Under the pieces are notes generated by a model, which saw only the letters and a list, made by a program, of their open reading frames with translations, was not told the origin of the DNA and made no database searches. From an uncultured Ignavibacteriaceae bacterium (GTDB lineage: Bacteria; Bacteroidota; Ignavibacteria; Ignavibacteriales; Ignavibacteriaceae), in assembly GCA_963698205.1 (NCBI GenBank), contig CAVOPZ010000027.1, forward strand, positions 1,742 through 65,741: 64,000 nt of DNA, written 5' to 3'. Positions 1 to 9,817 of the stretch are shown piece after piece. Made by a program: the position numbers and the translations under genes. Position 1 is the first letter of the stretch. Every line of letters starts with the position of its first letter.

Positions 1-977
1 AAAAGATGGGGGTCAGTAATGCCTCAGAGGAAAGGGGAAAAATTTTTTGGACAACAAAATGGTGGAATAACGTGGGTTGAAGCATTCGCTTAAATCCGGT
101 TAACAATTTATTTTATGGGGATCCAAGTCCATCGGCGAGATATATGGCTTGATACTTGTACAAAACTGCAACAGTTTTGGGAATGAAAGGGAATATTCTT
201 TAAATTAACATCCCAAATGGAAAAAAACCAACAACTGGACTCAACAAAAGCTAATAAAAATGAAGCGGCAGGGATTATGCGTGGGGTTATGGACAAATTG
301 TCTTTTTGTTAATTCAGAGATACGGTTTTTTTGCTGTAGGGGTCGGCAGTATAAAAATGATTGAAAACAACAAAATGGTTTATGGTGGACAATGCAAAAA
401 TATTAAGGGGTACCCATGAGTATCTATAATGGATTGTCTTATACTTTACTGATTTACCAATAAACGGTAACCATTGGGTTGGTGGGTCTGGGTACAATAT
501 TAGAAAACTAAAGACGGAGGTGAGAACTGGATGAGGCAGTCTAGTGGAAGTACAGCCTTCTTAACTAGTGTCTTTTTCATAGATGAAAATTAGTGGATGG
601 ACTTCCGGACTTATAAATGAAGTTCTTAGAAACTACTAATGGTGGTATATCATTTATTGATGAAGAAGGTAATATTAAACTACCAAAAGATTGTTTATGA
701 CAAACAAAACTACCCAAACCCATTTAACCCAAGCACTAGCATTCAGTATGCAATAACCAGTAGGCAATTTGTGATGCTTAAAGTTTATGATTTACTTGGT
801 AGAGAAGTTGCAACTCTTGTTAATGAAGAGGAACCTGCTGGCTCTTACAATGTAGAATTTTCCGCCGAGCCAGAATCCAGCATCAAGTATCCAGCATCGG
901 GAGTTTATTTTTACCGGTTACAGGCTGGTGATCCTTCGACAGGCTCAGGACAGATTATGTTGAAACTAAGAAGATGA
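1..977 (+). pseudogene. Decayed BNR/Asp-box repeat (beta-propeller, Ycf48/sialidase-like) secreted protein with an intact T9SS C-terminal sorting domain. Left end runs off the window.
   Basis: Only 639-977 is open. It encodes a type-A T9SS CTD (NYPNPFNPSTSIQYAI...GVYFYRLQAGD). Upstream, Asp-box-like pieces lie in different frames separated by stops: QQNGGITW (52-75), KTKDGGENW (504-530), TTNGGISF (632-655). Confidence 0.6.
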
Positions 978-1068
978 TTTTGTTGAAATAGCTATCGAAC
1001 TTAGCTGTAATTTATATGTCCTATCCAATATAATTGGCATTGTCATATCTTAACTAAAAATATTAACT

Positions 1069-2322
1069 TTGGAAGAAAATTTTCAAAACAAACAAGAAAC
1101 CCAAATGCCGGAAACCGTAAACACCACCAAATCCTTCAGCGATTATATCTATATACTTTTTAAATGGAAAAAATTTATAATCATTACGTTATTAATAATA
1201 GCACCAATAACACTCGGACTATTATTCCTAATCCCAAATAATTATAAAGCTACTACAGTTGTAATGCTGCCGCCTGAAAGCAATATGGGTTTAGGTGGAT
1301 TAACGGGGCTATTATCAGGTAAAAATTCAGCCGCATCATTAGGCTCAAAATTACTTGGCGGTAACTCGGCAAATCTGGATGCCTTACTGGCAATTTTAAA
1401 TAGTCGGACTGTTCAAACAAGTATTATTAAGGAATTTGGATTAATTAAATATTATGATTTAGATGAGAATGATATCGATAAAACACTAAAAGCTTTTCGT
1501 AATGATATTTCATTTGAACCGACAGAATATGGTATGATTGAAATTAGTGTGATAAATGAAAAACCTGAACTGAGTGCAAAAATTGCAAATTATTTTTCAG
1601 GTTTATTAGATAGTCTTAATATTGTTCTTAACTCCCAATCTGCAATGAACAACAGAACTTTTATAGAAAAAAGATATTTAAAAAACATCGGTGATTTAAA
1701 GTCGGCTGAAGATTCATTGTATAAACTTCAAAAAAAGTACGGTGTATTTGCCATTCCTCAACAACTGGAAATTGCAGTTAAATCAGCAGCAGAAATTGAG
1801 GCACAGTTAGCTGAGAGAGAACTAATGGCTGAGTTAATAAAAACTCAGTATGGCGAAAATTCACCAAGTTATCTTCCGATTAAAGAGCAGGTTGATTTTC
1901 TAAAAAGAAAAATCAGCGATATAAAATATTCAACAAAGTTATCCAGCAGTTCAAATGTATTGTTGCCATTTAAAAATTTACCCGATCTGTCAATGCAGTA
2001 CCTTAGAGATTTTCGGGAATTAGAAATTCAACAGAAAATACTTGAGGTAATTCTACCGCTTTATGAACAAGCAAAGGTTGAAGAACAAAAAAGTATTCCA
2101 ACAATTATGGTATTAGACAAAGCTGTCACTCCACAAATTAAAAATGCTCCAAAGCGTGCAACTATAACTATAGTTATATCATTACTACTTTTCTTTGTAA
2201 TGCTTCCAATTATCTTCAGAGGTGAGAAAGCATTAACCAGATCAACACATAATAACTCACTTGAAGTATCAGAATTCAACTTTTTCTCCAAAATAAAAAA
2301 GATTTACAGACTTAAGTTTTAA
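1069..2322 (+). CDS. Polysaccharide chain-length determinant (Wzz/PCP-like, GumC-like), no C-terminal tyrosine-kinase domain
   Basis: N-terminal TM helix after a short cytoplasmic head, long coiled-coil periplasmic region, and a C-terminal TM helix (ITIVISLLLFFVMLPIIF). First gene of the polysaccharide locus. TTG start at 1069, alternative ATG near 1105. Confidence 0.65.
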   Translation: MEENFQNKQETQMPETVNTTKSFSDYIYILFKWKKFIIITLLIIAPITLGLLFLIPNNYKATTVVMLPPESNMGLGGLTGLLSGKNSAASLGSKLLGGNSANLDALLAILNSRTVQTSIIKEFGLIKYYDLDENDIDKTLKAFRNDISFEPTEYGMIEISVINEKPELSAKIANYFSGLLDSLNIVLNSQSAMNNRTFIEKRYLKNIGDLKSAEDSLYKLQKKYGVFAIPQQLEIAVKSAAEIEAQLAERELMAELIKTQYGENSPSYLPIKEQVDFLKRKISDIKYSTKLSSSSNVLLPFKNLPDLSMQYLRDFRELEIQQKILEVILPLYEQAKVEEQKSIPTIMVLDKAVTPQIKNAPKRATITIVISLLLFFVMLPIIFRGEKALTRSTHNNSLEVSEFNFFSKIKKIYRLKF

Positions 2323-2324
2323 AA

Positions 2325-3656
2325 ATGACAGGTGTCATCACAATTATCATTTTTATCTTTTCTGTTCTGCTGGGAAAGAGTTTGTTTGGCAGATGGTTTA
2401 ATCATCTTAGCTTATATGTTTCTGTTTGGACTCCTATGATTCTACTTTATGAGATGAAACTAATCAGATATAATGATCTTACTTTATCGACATTAACGTT
2501 GATTTTTTTAAGTTACCTGTGTTTTGTACTTGGTATTTTGACCTATGTGTCAGCTAAAGAGAAAACAACTGTTAAGGAAACCATTCTTAAGAGTAACAAT
2601 ATTGACTGGTTAATACACAACAATGGTAGGAACCTTCGCTTATTGGCATGGGTTACTTCGCTTATCGCGTTAGCTGCTGTAATTCAAAACTGGATGGTTT
2701 TAATTAAAATGTTTGGTGATGTTACAACGGTTCTTATCAATGCAAGTGTAGTTTATCGATTGAGAATTGAAAGAAAAATTGAAGGTCAAATTCCATATTT
2801 ATTTTTATTTGGATATGTGTCTGTCTTTTTTGCCGCAATGTACACAGCATTGAAAAACAAATTTAGTCTCATCTCATTCTTCCCTTTTATACCCGTAATA
2901 TTAAAAGAAATATCTCAAGTCAGTCGTGCAGGAATTTTCTTAGCAATGTTTGAATATTTGATTACTTTTTTATTATTTAAATTTTATTTGAGAAAGCATA
3001 ATCCAGAAATAGTGGTTAAGTCTAATAAGAAATTACTTATTGGAGTTGCCCTTGTTTTAACTGTTATCATCTTCAGTGCTTCACTGGTAAGAATCTCACG
3101 CGGTTCTGTTGAAAACATTGAAGGCGCAACTTCCCAATTAAAAAGTCAGGAAGATAATCTCTTTTTAAGCCCATCTATGTATTTATATTTTAGTGGACAC
3201 GTTGGGGCGCTGAATAAATTTCTTCAATCAGAAGATGAAAAAACATTATTCGCAGAGCATACATTATTTAGTTTATACAGCATAATTTCAAAATTTGAAA
3301 TTGTAAAAAGACCTACGGATTATAACAAAGGATATTTCATTCCAACCTGGATAAATACTACTACTTTTCTTAAAGAATTATATCAAGATTATGGATACGC
3401 AGGTACTTTAATTTTTACATTTTTATTAGGGATGATTGTAACTTTTTTTCATTTCAAATTTTTGCAAAATGGAAACCTATACAATCTAATTATTTTAGTT
3501 TTTCTCTACTTAATAATTTCATTTTCATATATAGTGTTAGTAACAAGATTATCTTATTGGTACTTACCATTAGTGTTTTTAATGGTGATTACATTTTTAT
3601 TAAATAGTTGGATCAAAGCTCATCATAAAACCTCAACTACTAGTATTGTAAAATGA
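2325..3656 (+). CDS. Polytopic membrane protein, putative oligosaccharide repeat-unit polymerase (Wzy/EpsG-like)
   Basis: 443 aa with about 10 or more hydrophobic helices and no soluble domain. It sits between a Wzz-like gene and a Wzx flippase gene. Confidence 0.5.
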   Translation: MTGVITIIIFIFSVLLGKSLFGRWFNHLSLYVSVWTPMILLYEMKLIRYNDLTLSTLTLIFLSYLCFVLGILTYVSAKEKTTVKETILKSNNIDWLIHNNGRNLRLLAWVTSLIALAAVIQNWMVLIKMFGDVTTVLINASVVYRLRIERKIEGQIPYLFLFGYVSVFFAAMYTALKNKFSLISFFPFIPVILKEISQVSRAGIFLAMFEYLITFLLFKFYLRKHNPEIVVKSNKKLLIGVALVLTVIIFSASLVRISRGSVENIEGATSQLKSQEDNLFLSPSMYLYFSGHVGALNKFLQSEDEKTLFAEHTLFSLYSIISKFEIVKRPTDYNKGYFIPTWINTTTFLKELYQDYGYAGTLIFTFLLGMIVTFFHFKFLQNGNLYNLIILVFLYLIISFSYIVLVTRLSYWYLPLVFLMVITFLLNSWIKAHHKTSTTSIVK

Positions 3657-3808
3657 ACTGAAATTATTAGAAATTATAGCTCAAATTCTTTCATATTTAT
3701 TAAAAACAATTAATTAATTATTTAAATGTATTTGACCATGAGTATTTATAAAAACTACTTTACAAAAATTTATGATGAAAAAAGTATTACTAATTATCCG
3801 ATCAGTAG

Positions 3809-5332
3809 ATGGTTAAATTAAGTTTGCAAATGACGGAAAATAAAAACAACACTTCTAATATTGCTAAAAATACCATCTATAATCTTCTTGGATTTTTTTT
3901 CCCCGTCATAGCTGCGTTAATATTTATTCCAACTTTGCTTCAAAAACTTGGAGATGAAAAATTTGGCCTTCTAAATATAATCTGGATAGTTGTTGGATAT
4001 TTTAGTCTCTTTGATTTTGGAGTAAGTCGTACACTTACAAAAGTCATTTCAGAAAAATTAGCTTTTCAAGAAAGGGACAAAATCCCCGAAATATTCTGGA
4101 CGTCTTTTTATTTAATTCTTTTTTTTAGTATTGCTGGATCGATAATTTTATTTCTATTAACTCCGACATTGGTAAATAATGTTTTGAATGTCTCCGATGC
4201 GATACAAAAGGAGACTATCCTATCTTTTTATATAATGGCAATCTCTGTACCAGTAATAACAACAACCGCAGCATTTAGAGGGTTTTTAGAAGCATATCAA
4301 AACTTTAAGGTAATAAATTTATTAAGAATAATTTGGGGAGTATCAACATTCTTGGTACCAATACTTGTTTTAATTTACACCAATTATTTGACCTATATTG
4401 TTTTTTCGCTTGTCTTGCTTAGATTAATTATGTGGGCAGCGCATTTAATTATTTGTATCAAAACAGAGAACAATCTTACCGTATTCAATAAAATTAATGT
4501 AAAAGCAATAAAACCCATTTTTATATTAAGCGGATGGATTACGGTCACGAATGTTATTGCTCCTCTGATAGTTTATATTGATCGATTTCTGATAGGTGCT
4601 TTAATTTCAGCGGCAGCAATCACTTATTTTGCGACACCCTTTGAAATAGTAAGTAAATTATTATTAATTCCAAGCGCGATAGTTGGAGTTTTGTACCCGG
4701 TAATAGCATTCAATTATCGCTCAGATTTTGAATTAGTAAGAAAAATTATGTTTAAGGGAACCAAATATATATTTCTCATCATCTTCCCAATTGTTGTATT
4801 AATGATGGTGTTTGCAAAGGCTGGATTATCAATTTGGGTTGGAGATAGGATTGCAATCCAAAGTTGGTTGATTCTGCAACTTTTAGCTTTCGGAATTTTA
4901 TTTAATAGCTTAGCCCATATCCCTTTTACTTATTTGCAGGCAATCGGTAAGCCTAGTGTTACAGCAAAATTGCACTTGATAGAGTTGCCCATTTATTTTA
5001 TAGCCATGTGGTTTTCAATAAAAATGTTTGGAATTAATGGAGCTGCAGCAATTTGGTTATTGAGATCTTTTATAGATTGTTTTCTGCTTTTTATTTTAAG
5101 CAGAGAGATTTTTTCTGGTCGATTTTCTGTTATTAGTAAGAATAAACTAACCTATTCAGTATCAATTCTTTTTTTAGTTATTATCTTATTCATTGTACCA
5201 GTAAGTATTAAAATATTATTGAGTATCTGCTTTTTGATAATTTATTTAACAATTACCTGGCTAGTTATTTTAGATTCGGAAGAAAAATCATTTATCTTGG
5301 AGATAGGAAGATTTAGGGTTAGAAACGAATGA
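3809..5332 (+). CDS. Oligosaccharide flippase, MOP superfamily (Wzx-like)
   Basis: 507 aa and about 12-14 TM helices. N-terminus is typical of polysaccharide biosynthesis proteins (NIAKNTIYNLLGFFFPVIAALIFIP...LGDEKFGLL). Confidence 0.75.
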   Translation: MVKLSLQMTENKNNTSNIAKNTIYNLLGFFFPVIAALIFIPTLLQKLGDEKFGLLNIIWIVVGYFSLFDFGVSRTLTKVISEKLAFQERDKIPEIFWTSFYLILFFSIAGSIILFLLTPTLVNNVLNVSDAIQKETILSFYIMAISVPVITTTAAFRGFLEAYQNFKVINLLRIIWGVSTFLVPILVLIYTNYLTYIVFSLVLLRLIMWAAHLIICIKTENNLTVFNKINVKAIKPIFILSGWITVTNVIAPLIVYIDRFLIGALISAAAITYFATPFEIVSKLLLIPSAIVGVLYPVIAFNYRSDFELVRKIMFKGTKYIFLIIFPIVVLMMVFAKAGLSIWVGDRIAIQSWLILQLLAFGILFNSLAHIPFTYLQAIGKPSVTAKLHLIELPIYFIAMWFSIKMFGINGAAAIWLLRSFIDCFLLFILSREIFSGRFSVISKNKLTYSVSILFLVIILFIVPVSIKILLSICFLIIYLTITWLVILDSEEKSFILEIGRFRVRNE

Positions 5333-6357
5333 AAATGGAAGAAATCAAATCATTTAAGCGCCCCCTCTGTTCAGTTTGTAATTCTGAAGGAAAGGAATTG
5401 TATAGAGATCGTACAGATAATTTATTTAATACCTCTGGTAAATGGAATTTTTTCAAGTGTATAAACAATAATTGTAAAACAATCTGGTTAAATCCTGCAC
5501 CAGTTGAGGAAGATATGCACAAAGCATATCAAAACTATTATACTCATATTGACTTAGCCGCTAAAAAAATGAATATATTTAGAAAACTTTTTAATAAGAT
5601 ACAGGAAAGTTATCTATCCAATAAATATCAATACTCTTCCTCAACTCCGAAGTATTTTAATTTATTTTTATTTTTATCTCCCCTCAGGAAATCAGCAACA
5701 GATTTTAAAGTTATGTACCTACCAAAATTGCATGGTAAGATCTTGGATATTGGATGTGGAAGCGGTGATTTTTTGCTCTTTATGCATTCTAAAGGATGGA
5801 ATGTGACTGGTATTGACTCGGATTTGAAAGCAGTTCAACGGGCTAAGGGTAAAGGGTTAAATGTAATAAAAGGTAATCTTCTTGATCAAAATTTTCAAAA
5901 TGAAAGCTTTGATGCGATTGTATTATCACATGTAATTGAACATTTATATGATCCAAATAAAATTCTCAATGAGTGTATGAGGATATTAAAAAAAGGAGGG
6001 AAGCTTGTTATTGCTACACCTAATATTGAAAGCTTAGGGCATTTTATTTTTCGTCAGAATTGGAGAGGATTAGAACCTCCTCGGCATATTAATTTGTTTT
6101 CCATATCTTCTTTGAATAATCTAATTAATAAAGTGGGATTCAAAGAAATCAAGATATTTACAATTCCAAGAATTGCGGTTGATATCTTTATGACAAGTAC
6201 TCAAATTAAATCTGGAGGCAACGGCAAAATTAAATTGAATGTTTCAATAACTATAAAAGTTTTTGCTGCAATTTTTGCAGCAGTTGAATCATTTCTTAAT
6301 ATTTTCCCATTATCAATTGGTGAAGAAATAATTGTAATTTCGAAAAAAAATTATTAG
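5329..6357 (+). CDS. Class I SAM-dependent methyltransferase with N-terminal Cys-rich zinc-ribbon-like region
   Basis: Motif I ILDIGCGSGDF, post-I and motif III (LKKGGKLVIATPN). N-terminal CSVCNS...FKCINNNC. 4-nt ATGA overlap with the flippase gene. Confidence 0.8.
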   Translation: MKMEEIKSFKRPLCSVCNSEGKELYRDRTDNLFNTSGKWNFFKCINNNCKTIWLNPAPVEEDMHKAYQNYYTHIDLAAKKMNIFRKLFNKIQESYLSNKYQYSSSTPKYFNLFLFLSPLRKSATDFKVMYLPKLHGKILDIGCGSGDFLLFMHSKGWNVTGIDSDLKAVQRAKGKGLNVIKGNLLDQNFQNESFDAIVLSHVIEHLYDPNKILNECMRILKKGGKLVIATPNIESLGHFIFRQNWRGLEPPRHINLFSISSLNNLINKVGFKEIKIFTIPRIAVDIFMTSTQIKSGGNGKIKLNVSITIKVFAAIFAAVESFLNIFPLSIGEEIIVISKKNY

Positions 6358-6452
6358 TGAATCTTTGTATTCTTGAAGATTAGAATTAGTTCCAAGAATT
6401 ATTGAGGTTTGCGTGCTGTAAAATCGTATTTTTTATTTTATAAATTGTAGTT

Positions 6453-7391
6453 TTGCAAATGTTAGATGTATCTGTAATTATCGCTAATTATAACAATTTT
6501 GATCTGCTTTTAAAATGTCTTGCAACCTTGTATGAAAATACAAAGCAGCTAGAATTCGAAGTAATCCTAGTCGATGATAATTCTGTAGAGGGAGATATAA
6601 ATGAAGTTGTAAAAGAGTTTGATAAATTAATTCTTATTAAAAACCCTACCAATTTAGGTTATTCAAAAACAAATAATATTGGTCTAAAGTTAGCTCAGGG
6701 AAAGTACATTTTATTGTTGAACAATGATATTTTATTTAAAGAAAATTCTATAAAAACGATATTTGATTATGCCGAACAACAGGAGGAGAGCATTTTTATA
6801 GGTTGTAAACTTCTTAATCCTGACAATAGCTGGCAAGCCTCAACGGCAAAATTTCCTTCAGCCTTAAATTTATTTACGTCTAATTTTTTTCTTTACAAGC
6901 TCTTCCCTTCATTATCAATGTTTAATAAATACTATTTACAAAAAAAAAATATTAAAGTTCCCGTGGTTGTCGATTACGTTCTTGGTGCGTTTCTATTTGG
7001 GCAGAGAGAAGTATTTTTGAAATTACAAGGATTTGACGAAAGATTCTTCTTTTACGCAGAAGATATTGATATTTGTTATAGGCTAAGATTATTGGGTGGG
7101 AAAACAATATTTAATCCGTCAACATCCGTTGTACATATTGGCGGTGCTTCAGTAAAAAATAATCAATGGTTTAAATTTAAGAATAAAGCAGTTTCTGAAT
7201 TGCAATTTTTTCAGAAGCATAAAAAAGGCCTAGAATTTTCTGTGGGGTTGATTTCTCATTACTTGGGTAATTTAATTAGAATACCATTAACCTTTTTTAT
7301 TGGTGTTTTGAAATTTGATAAAGAGCTCATAAAGAGGAGTTTTTTTCACGTCAAATTAATATTCGTTTATCCTAAAAATTTGTTTAAATAA
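6453..7391 (+). CDS. Family 2 glycosyltransferase
   Basis: VSVIIANYNN...LVDDNS...GYSKTNNIG...LLNNDI...AEDIDICYR, the classic GT2 (rhamnosyltransferase-like) layout. Confidence 0.85.
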   Translation: MQMLDVSVIIANYNNFDLLLKCLATLYENTKQLEFEVILVDDNSVEGDINEVVKEFDKLILIKNPTNLGYSKTNNIGLKLAQGKYILLLNNDILFKENSIKTIFDYAEQQEESIFIGCKLLNPDNSWQASTAKFPSALNLFTSNFFLYKLFPSLSMFNKYYLQKKNIKVPVVVDYVLGAFLFGQREVFLKLQGFDERFFFYAEDIDICYRLRLLGGKTIFNPSTSVVHIGGASVKNNQWFKFKNKAVSELQFFQKHKKGLEFSVGLISHYLGNLIRIPLTFFIGVLKFDKELIKRSFFHVKLIFVYPKNLFK

Positions 7392-8465
7392 TCAAGATAT
7401 TTTATTAATAACCTCCAGTACTTTCGAAGGTATTATATTTTTCATCGATTCGTGAGGGCAGTTAGGTTTATAATAACAATCGCAATTAGGATTGGGTTCG
7501 ACAATTTCTCCTCTTCCGTAAAGGTAAAACTCATTCTTATTGAAAATACTGTTAAAGACTATTAATTTCTTTTTCAATCCCATCGCAATATGCATTGCCA
7601 TTGTTACTGAACTTACAACCACATCACATTCATTTACCAATGAAATAAATTTTTCAAGGGGGAAGTGCCCTGAATATTTTGCCCCGCTTTCTTTAGAGAG
7701 AAATATGTTTTTTTCATGTTCCTGTTCGCCGCCAAGCAGCACAACTTCATATCCATCTTTTAATAGAGTTTTTGCTAATTCCATCCAATATTCATTTGGC
7801 CAAAGCCGTGATGTCCATCTACCACCACAACCAGTATTTAGTCCAATAACTTTTTTTGAATGATTCAAATCCCAATTATTATTTTCTGTAATGTCCAGAA
7901 TGTATTCTTCCCCGGCAAAATTATAACCAAGGATTTCAAACATTTCTTGCACATAGTGTTTAGTGTTCGCTTTACTGAGGTCGTCAAAAATGCCTGTTAA
8001 CCATTTATGTTCTTCAGCTTTAGATGAGATTGGCACTGCTCTTCCAAATTTATCGCTTGTAAATCCACTTTTCTTTTTGGCTTTGATCTGATTTGCTAAA
8101 GAAATTGCGATAGGATCTTTATCCAAAACAATCAACCAATCAAATTCAATTTGTTTAATTAGTTCTGTATTTTCAATGTTTACAGCAAGACTTCTATCAA
8201 CCCAATTTTTGCTTAAGATTTCAGGAAAATATGTAAGCCACGAAATACAAGCATTAGGATAATCACTTTTTATTTTTCTTAAAATAGGAGTGGTTCGGAT
8301 AACATCACCGATAGCACCAAGTTTAATGATTAAAATATTTTGTTCAATTTTTTTATAAATATTACAATCTTCACAGTGGTACCCAAATTCTTTGTGAGGA
8401 TTACAAGGCACATCTCCTTTATAGAAAAAGCAATCAGTTTTTACAATCATTATCTCAAATCTCAA
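7392..8465 (-). CDS. Family 9 glycosyltransferase (heptosyltransferase-like) with extra N-terminal Cys cluster
   Basis: ILIIKLGAIGDVIRTTPILRKIKSDYPNACISWLT is the GT9 N-terminal signature. C-terminal half has GGEQEHE...MHIAMGLKKKLIVF. N-terminal C-x8-C-x9-C-x2-C. Only minus-strand gene in the locus. Confidence 0.7.
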   Translation of the reverse strand: MRFEIMIVKTDCFFYKGDVPCNPHKEFGYHCEDCNIYKKIEQNILIIKLGAIGDVIRTTPILRKIKSDYPNACISWLTYFPEILSKNWVDRSLAVNIENTELIKQIEFDWLIVLDKDPIAISLANQIKAKKKSGFTSDKFGRAVPISSKAEEHKWLTGIFDDLSKANTKHYVQEMFEILGYNFAGEEYILDITENNNWDLNHSKKVIGLNTGCGGRWTSRLWPNEYWMELAKTLLKDGYEVVLLGGEQEHEKNIFLSKESGAKYSGHFPLEKFISLVNECDVVVSSVTMAMHIAMGLKKKLIVFNSIFNKNEFYLYGRGEIVEPNPNCDCYYKPNCPHESMKNIIPSKVLEVINKIS

Positions 8466-8604
8466 GGATTTATGAACGAAAAATTCAGTTAATCTTTCTT
8501 AACTAAAGTATTTATATTTACAAAGTTAATGAAATAATTAATTATTAGAGTGAATCGTATACTTTTATTGCAATCTGCAATTAAGTATTAGCCTAAAAAA
8601 TTTT

Positions 8605-9816
8605 ATGAAAATTCTTCAAATCAGTCCCCAGATATCTTTTCCTCCAAATAGTGGTGGCAGATTAAGTATTTATGGAATTACGAAATCATTATCTGAGAGA
8701 GGACATGAAATAACTTTTGTGTGCTACATAGAAAATCGCGTAAGCGAAAATGATACAAATGAATTAAAAAAAATTTGCAATCCTTTTTTTATTGATTGGG
8801 ATGTTAATAATAAAATAAGAACTGCTATACCAAATTTATTTTCAAAAACTCCTTATAATATATCTAAATATTACTCAAAAAAATTAGAAAGTTTTATTTA
8901 TAAATACTTTGAAAGCAATAAGGTGGATGTTGTTCACATAGATCATCTTCATATGTCTTGGGTTATCGATGTAATTAGAAAAATCAGCGATGTTCCAGTT
9001 ATTTTGCGTGAACATAATCTTGAACTGAAAATAATGAAAAGATATTTTGATGAGCAAACAAATATTATGTTAAAATACTATGCAGGAATTCAGTTGAAGA
9101 AATTTACTTCATATGAGCCTAATCAATGTGAAAAATTTGACTCCTGTTTAATGGTAACTGAAGAAGATGAAAAATCAATTTTAAATTACAATCCACGTAT
9201 AAAAACTAAAGTTATCCCAATTGGCGTTGATAAGAAAATATTTGATATGAGAAAATCTGATATCATCCCATATTCAATATTTCATATTGGTTCACTTGAA
9301 TGGCAACCAAATTATGATGGATTATTATGGTTTATCAAAAATGTATATCCTACAATTGTGGAAAAGTTCCCAATGACAAAACTATATGTATATAGCAAAG
9401 GTACTGAGCGTTTAAAAATTTCTAATAAGCAGAAAGAGAATATTATTATCAGAGGTTATGTTGATAATATTTGGGAGGAAGTTTTAGATAAACAAGTACT
9501 AATTGTTCCTCTTAGTGTCGGAAGTGGTATGCGTGTGAAAATTGTGGAAATGTTAGCTGCCGGACAATTAATTGTTTCTACTTCTATTGGAAAAGAAGGG
9601 ATAGACATCTCTGATGGCAAGCATATTTTTATTGCCGATAGTTGCGAGACTTTTATTCAAAAAATTATCGATATATTTGAAAACAGAATCAATATCGATA
9701 GTATTATCAGAAATGGGAAAAACATTATAAAAGAAAAATATAGCTGGGAAAAAATCGCTGAGGACATAGAGATCGAGTATTTAAAATCAATTAATAAAAA
9801 AGAAAATAGTTTTTAA
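8605..9816 (+). CDS. Family 4 (GT-B, group 1) glycosyltransferase
   Basis: MKILQISPQ...GGRLSIYGITKSL N-terminus. C-terminal sugar-nucleotide-binding region GSGMRVKIVEMLAAGQLIVST (E-x7-E-like). Confidence 0.8.
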   Translation: MKILQISPQISFPPNSGGRLSIYGITKSLSERGHEITFVCYIENRVSENDTNELKKICNPFFIDWDVNNKIRTAIPNLFSKTPYNISKYYSKKLESFIYKYFESNKVDVVHIDHLHMSWVIDVIRKISDVPVILREHNLELKIMKRYFDEQTNIMLKYYAGIQLKKFTSYEPNQCEKFDSCLMVTEEDEKSILNYNPRIKTKVIPIGVDKKIFDMRKSDIIPYSIFHIGSLEWQPNYDGLLWFIKNVYPTIVEKFPMTKLYVYSKGTERLKISNKQKENIIIRGYVDNIWEEVLDKQVLIVPLSVGSGMRVKIVEMLAAGQLIVSTSIGKEGIDISDGKHIFIADSCETFIQKIIDIFENRINIDSIIRNGKNIIKEKYSWEKIAEDIEIEYLKSINKKENSF

Positions 9817-9817
9817 T

